DNA of 64,000 nucleotides from Thermoanaerobaculia bacterium (GTDB taxonomy: Bacteria > Acidobacteriota > Thermoanaerobaculia > Multivoradales > Multivoraceae): positions 10,756 through 74,755 of the forward strand of contig CALOFD010000013.1 of assembly GCA_942492505.1 (NCBI GenBank), written 5' to 3'. Every line of letters starts with the position of its first letter. The stretch's first letter is position 1. Shown piece by piece: positions 63,172 to 64,000 of the stretch. A program made the position numbers and the translations under genes. The notes under the pieces are model-generated. The model saw only the letters and a program-made list of their open reading frames with translations. It searched no databases and was not told where the DNA came from.

Positions 63172-63947
63172 CGGGCGAAGAGTCGACGAGCGTTGTCGGT
63201 GGTCGCTCGAGCGACCTCGTGGATCGGGAGATCCTTGATTCGGGCGATCGTTTCCAGCGAGATCGTCACGTTGGCCGGCTCGTTCCTCGTTTCGGGATCG
63301 GGTCCCAGGACGGGACTGTCGGTCTCCAGCACCAGGCACTCGAGGGGCAACTGTCGGATGAGTTTCTGCTTCTGGGCTGAGCGGACGATCGAGGGCGGCA
63401 CTGAGAAGAAGTAGCCGGCGTCCACTCCCGGCCGCGCCTTGACGGCGCGCCCGTCGAAGGCGTGCATCAGCACTCTCGTGGCTCCACACTCGGTGAGGAC
63501 CTCGAGCGTCGCCCTCCCAGCCGAGCGGGAATGGACGTTCAAGGGGAGATCGAGTTCGATCGCGAGAGCGATGAAGGTCTCGAAGATCCGACGCTGTTCG
63601 TCCCATTGGTCCGGCTCCTTGAGCACCCAGTGATCGAGGCCGACTTCACCGATCGCGACGAAGTCGTCCCGCCGGTCACGAAGGAGTTGTGCGATTCGTT
63701 CGGCCTGCTCGGGGTCGAGGTGGGTGGGGTAGAGGCCGGCGGTCGGCCACACGAATCCGGGATACTGCTCGGCCAGTTCGAGGTTCGAGGTCGCGTCCTC
63801 GAGCGTCTCGCCGACGACGACGACGGCAGCGACGCCGTTGGCGATCGCCCGGTCGATGACAGCGCTGCGATCGCCGTCGAAGACGCCGTCACCAAGGTGT
63901 GCGTGGCAGTCGATCAGCCCCGAGGGGGCGGAGGAGCTCGACGTCAT
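63168..63947 (-). CDS. TatD-family metal-dependent hydrolase
   Basis: 259 aa; IDCHAHL, AIGEVGLD, LNVHSR, HAFDG, LVLETDSP. Confidence 0.9.
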   Translation of the reverse strand: MTSSSSAPSGLIDCHAHLGDGVFDGDRSAVIDRAIANGVAAVVVVGETLEDATSNLELAEQYPGFVWPTAGLYPTHLDPEQAERIAQLLRDRRDDFVAIGEVGLDHWVLKEPDQWDEQRRIFETFIALAIELDLPLNVHSRSAGRATLEVLTECGATRVLMHAFDGRAVKARPGVDAGYFFSVPPSIVRSAQKQKLIRQLPLECLVLETDSPVLGPDPETRNEPANVTISLETIARIKDLPIHEVARATTDNARRLFAR

Positions 63948-64000
63948 GGTGAGGCTCCCGGGCTCGCCGGACCCTGCCGCTGGCCCTTCCAGTCCTCGAG
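63944..64000 (-). CDS. 3' end of an unidentified upstream ORF (partial, window edge)
   Basis: The minus-strand frame is open from the window edge (..LEDWKGQRQGPASPGASP*) and its TGA overlaps the tatD ATG (ATGA). Too short to identify. Confidence 0.25.
   Translation of the reverse strand, partial: LEDWKGQRQGPASPGASP

Overview
High-GC (about 65%) bacterial chromosomal segment made almost entirely of housekeeping genes. I found no rRNA, tRNA, CRISPR, transposase, prophage or recognisable defence cassette.

Layout:
- nt 1-18952: tail of rpoC, then the str-S10-spc-alpha ribosomal supercluster (rpsL-rpsG-fusA-tuf-rpsJ ... secY-adk-infA-rpmJ-rpsM-rpsK-rpoA-rplQ). The S14 and S4 genes are missing from their usual slots.
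- 19-25 kb: an EF-G paralog, an M16 peptidase pair and lexA.
- 26-41 kb: a PilT-like ATPase, gatCA, a cell-wall amidase, an ECF sigma/anti-sigma pair, a large GreA-domain protein, a RodZ-like gene, a J-domain/TPR gene, PP2C and gcvP.
- 41-46 kb: cimA and a SWIM-SNF2 helicase.
- 46.4-55.8 kb: an ilvE-ilvBN-ilvC-leuA-leuCD-leuB superoperon.
- 55.8-64 kb: a metallophosphatase fusion, a cNMP-binding protein, hemH, a TLC-HEAT transporter, an M23 peptidase and tatD.

Four things are not explained by ordinary gene calls:
1. A family of roughly 600-650 bp non-coding, hairpin-dense mosaic repeat elements sits in three intergenic gaps (21.2-21.8 kb, 25.3-25.9 kb, 42.8-43.4 kb). The copies share conserved modules, have inverted ends, and show compensatory stem changes. 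One hairpin is amplified to seven tandem 18-bp copies.
2. A candidate Val/Leu/Ile-rich leader peptide with mutually exclusive antiterminator and terminator pairings lies upstream of the ilv-leu operon.
3. A 5 x 23-bp tandem hairpin array, rich in GATC, lies between two convergent genes.
4. About 20 single-nucleotide frame disruptions are strongly clustered in otherwise conserved genes: rpsC x4, leuA x8, and rplD, rpsS, rplO, lexA, cimA and leuB once each. These look more like consensus or assembly errors than biology, but reads are needed to confirm that.

Several unusual domain architectures are also flagged: PilT with a coiled coil, a CarD-like plus GreA-like giant protein, and a PPP phosphatase fused to a kinase-like domain.
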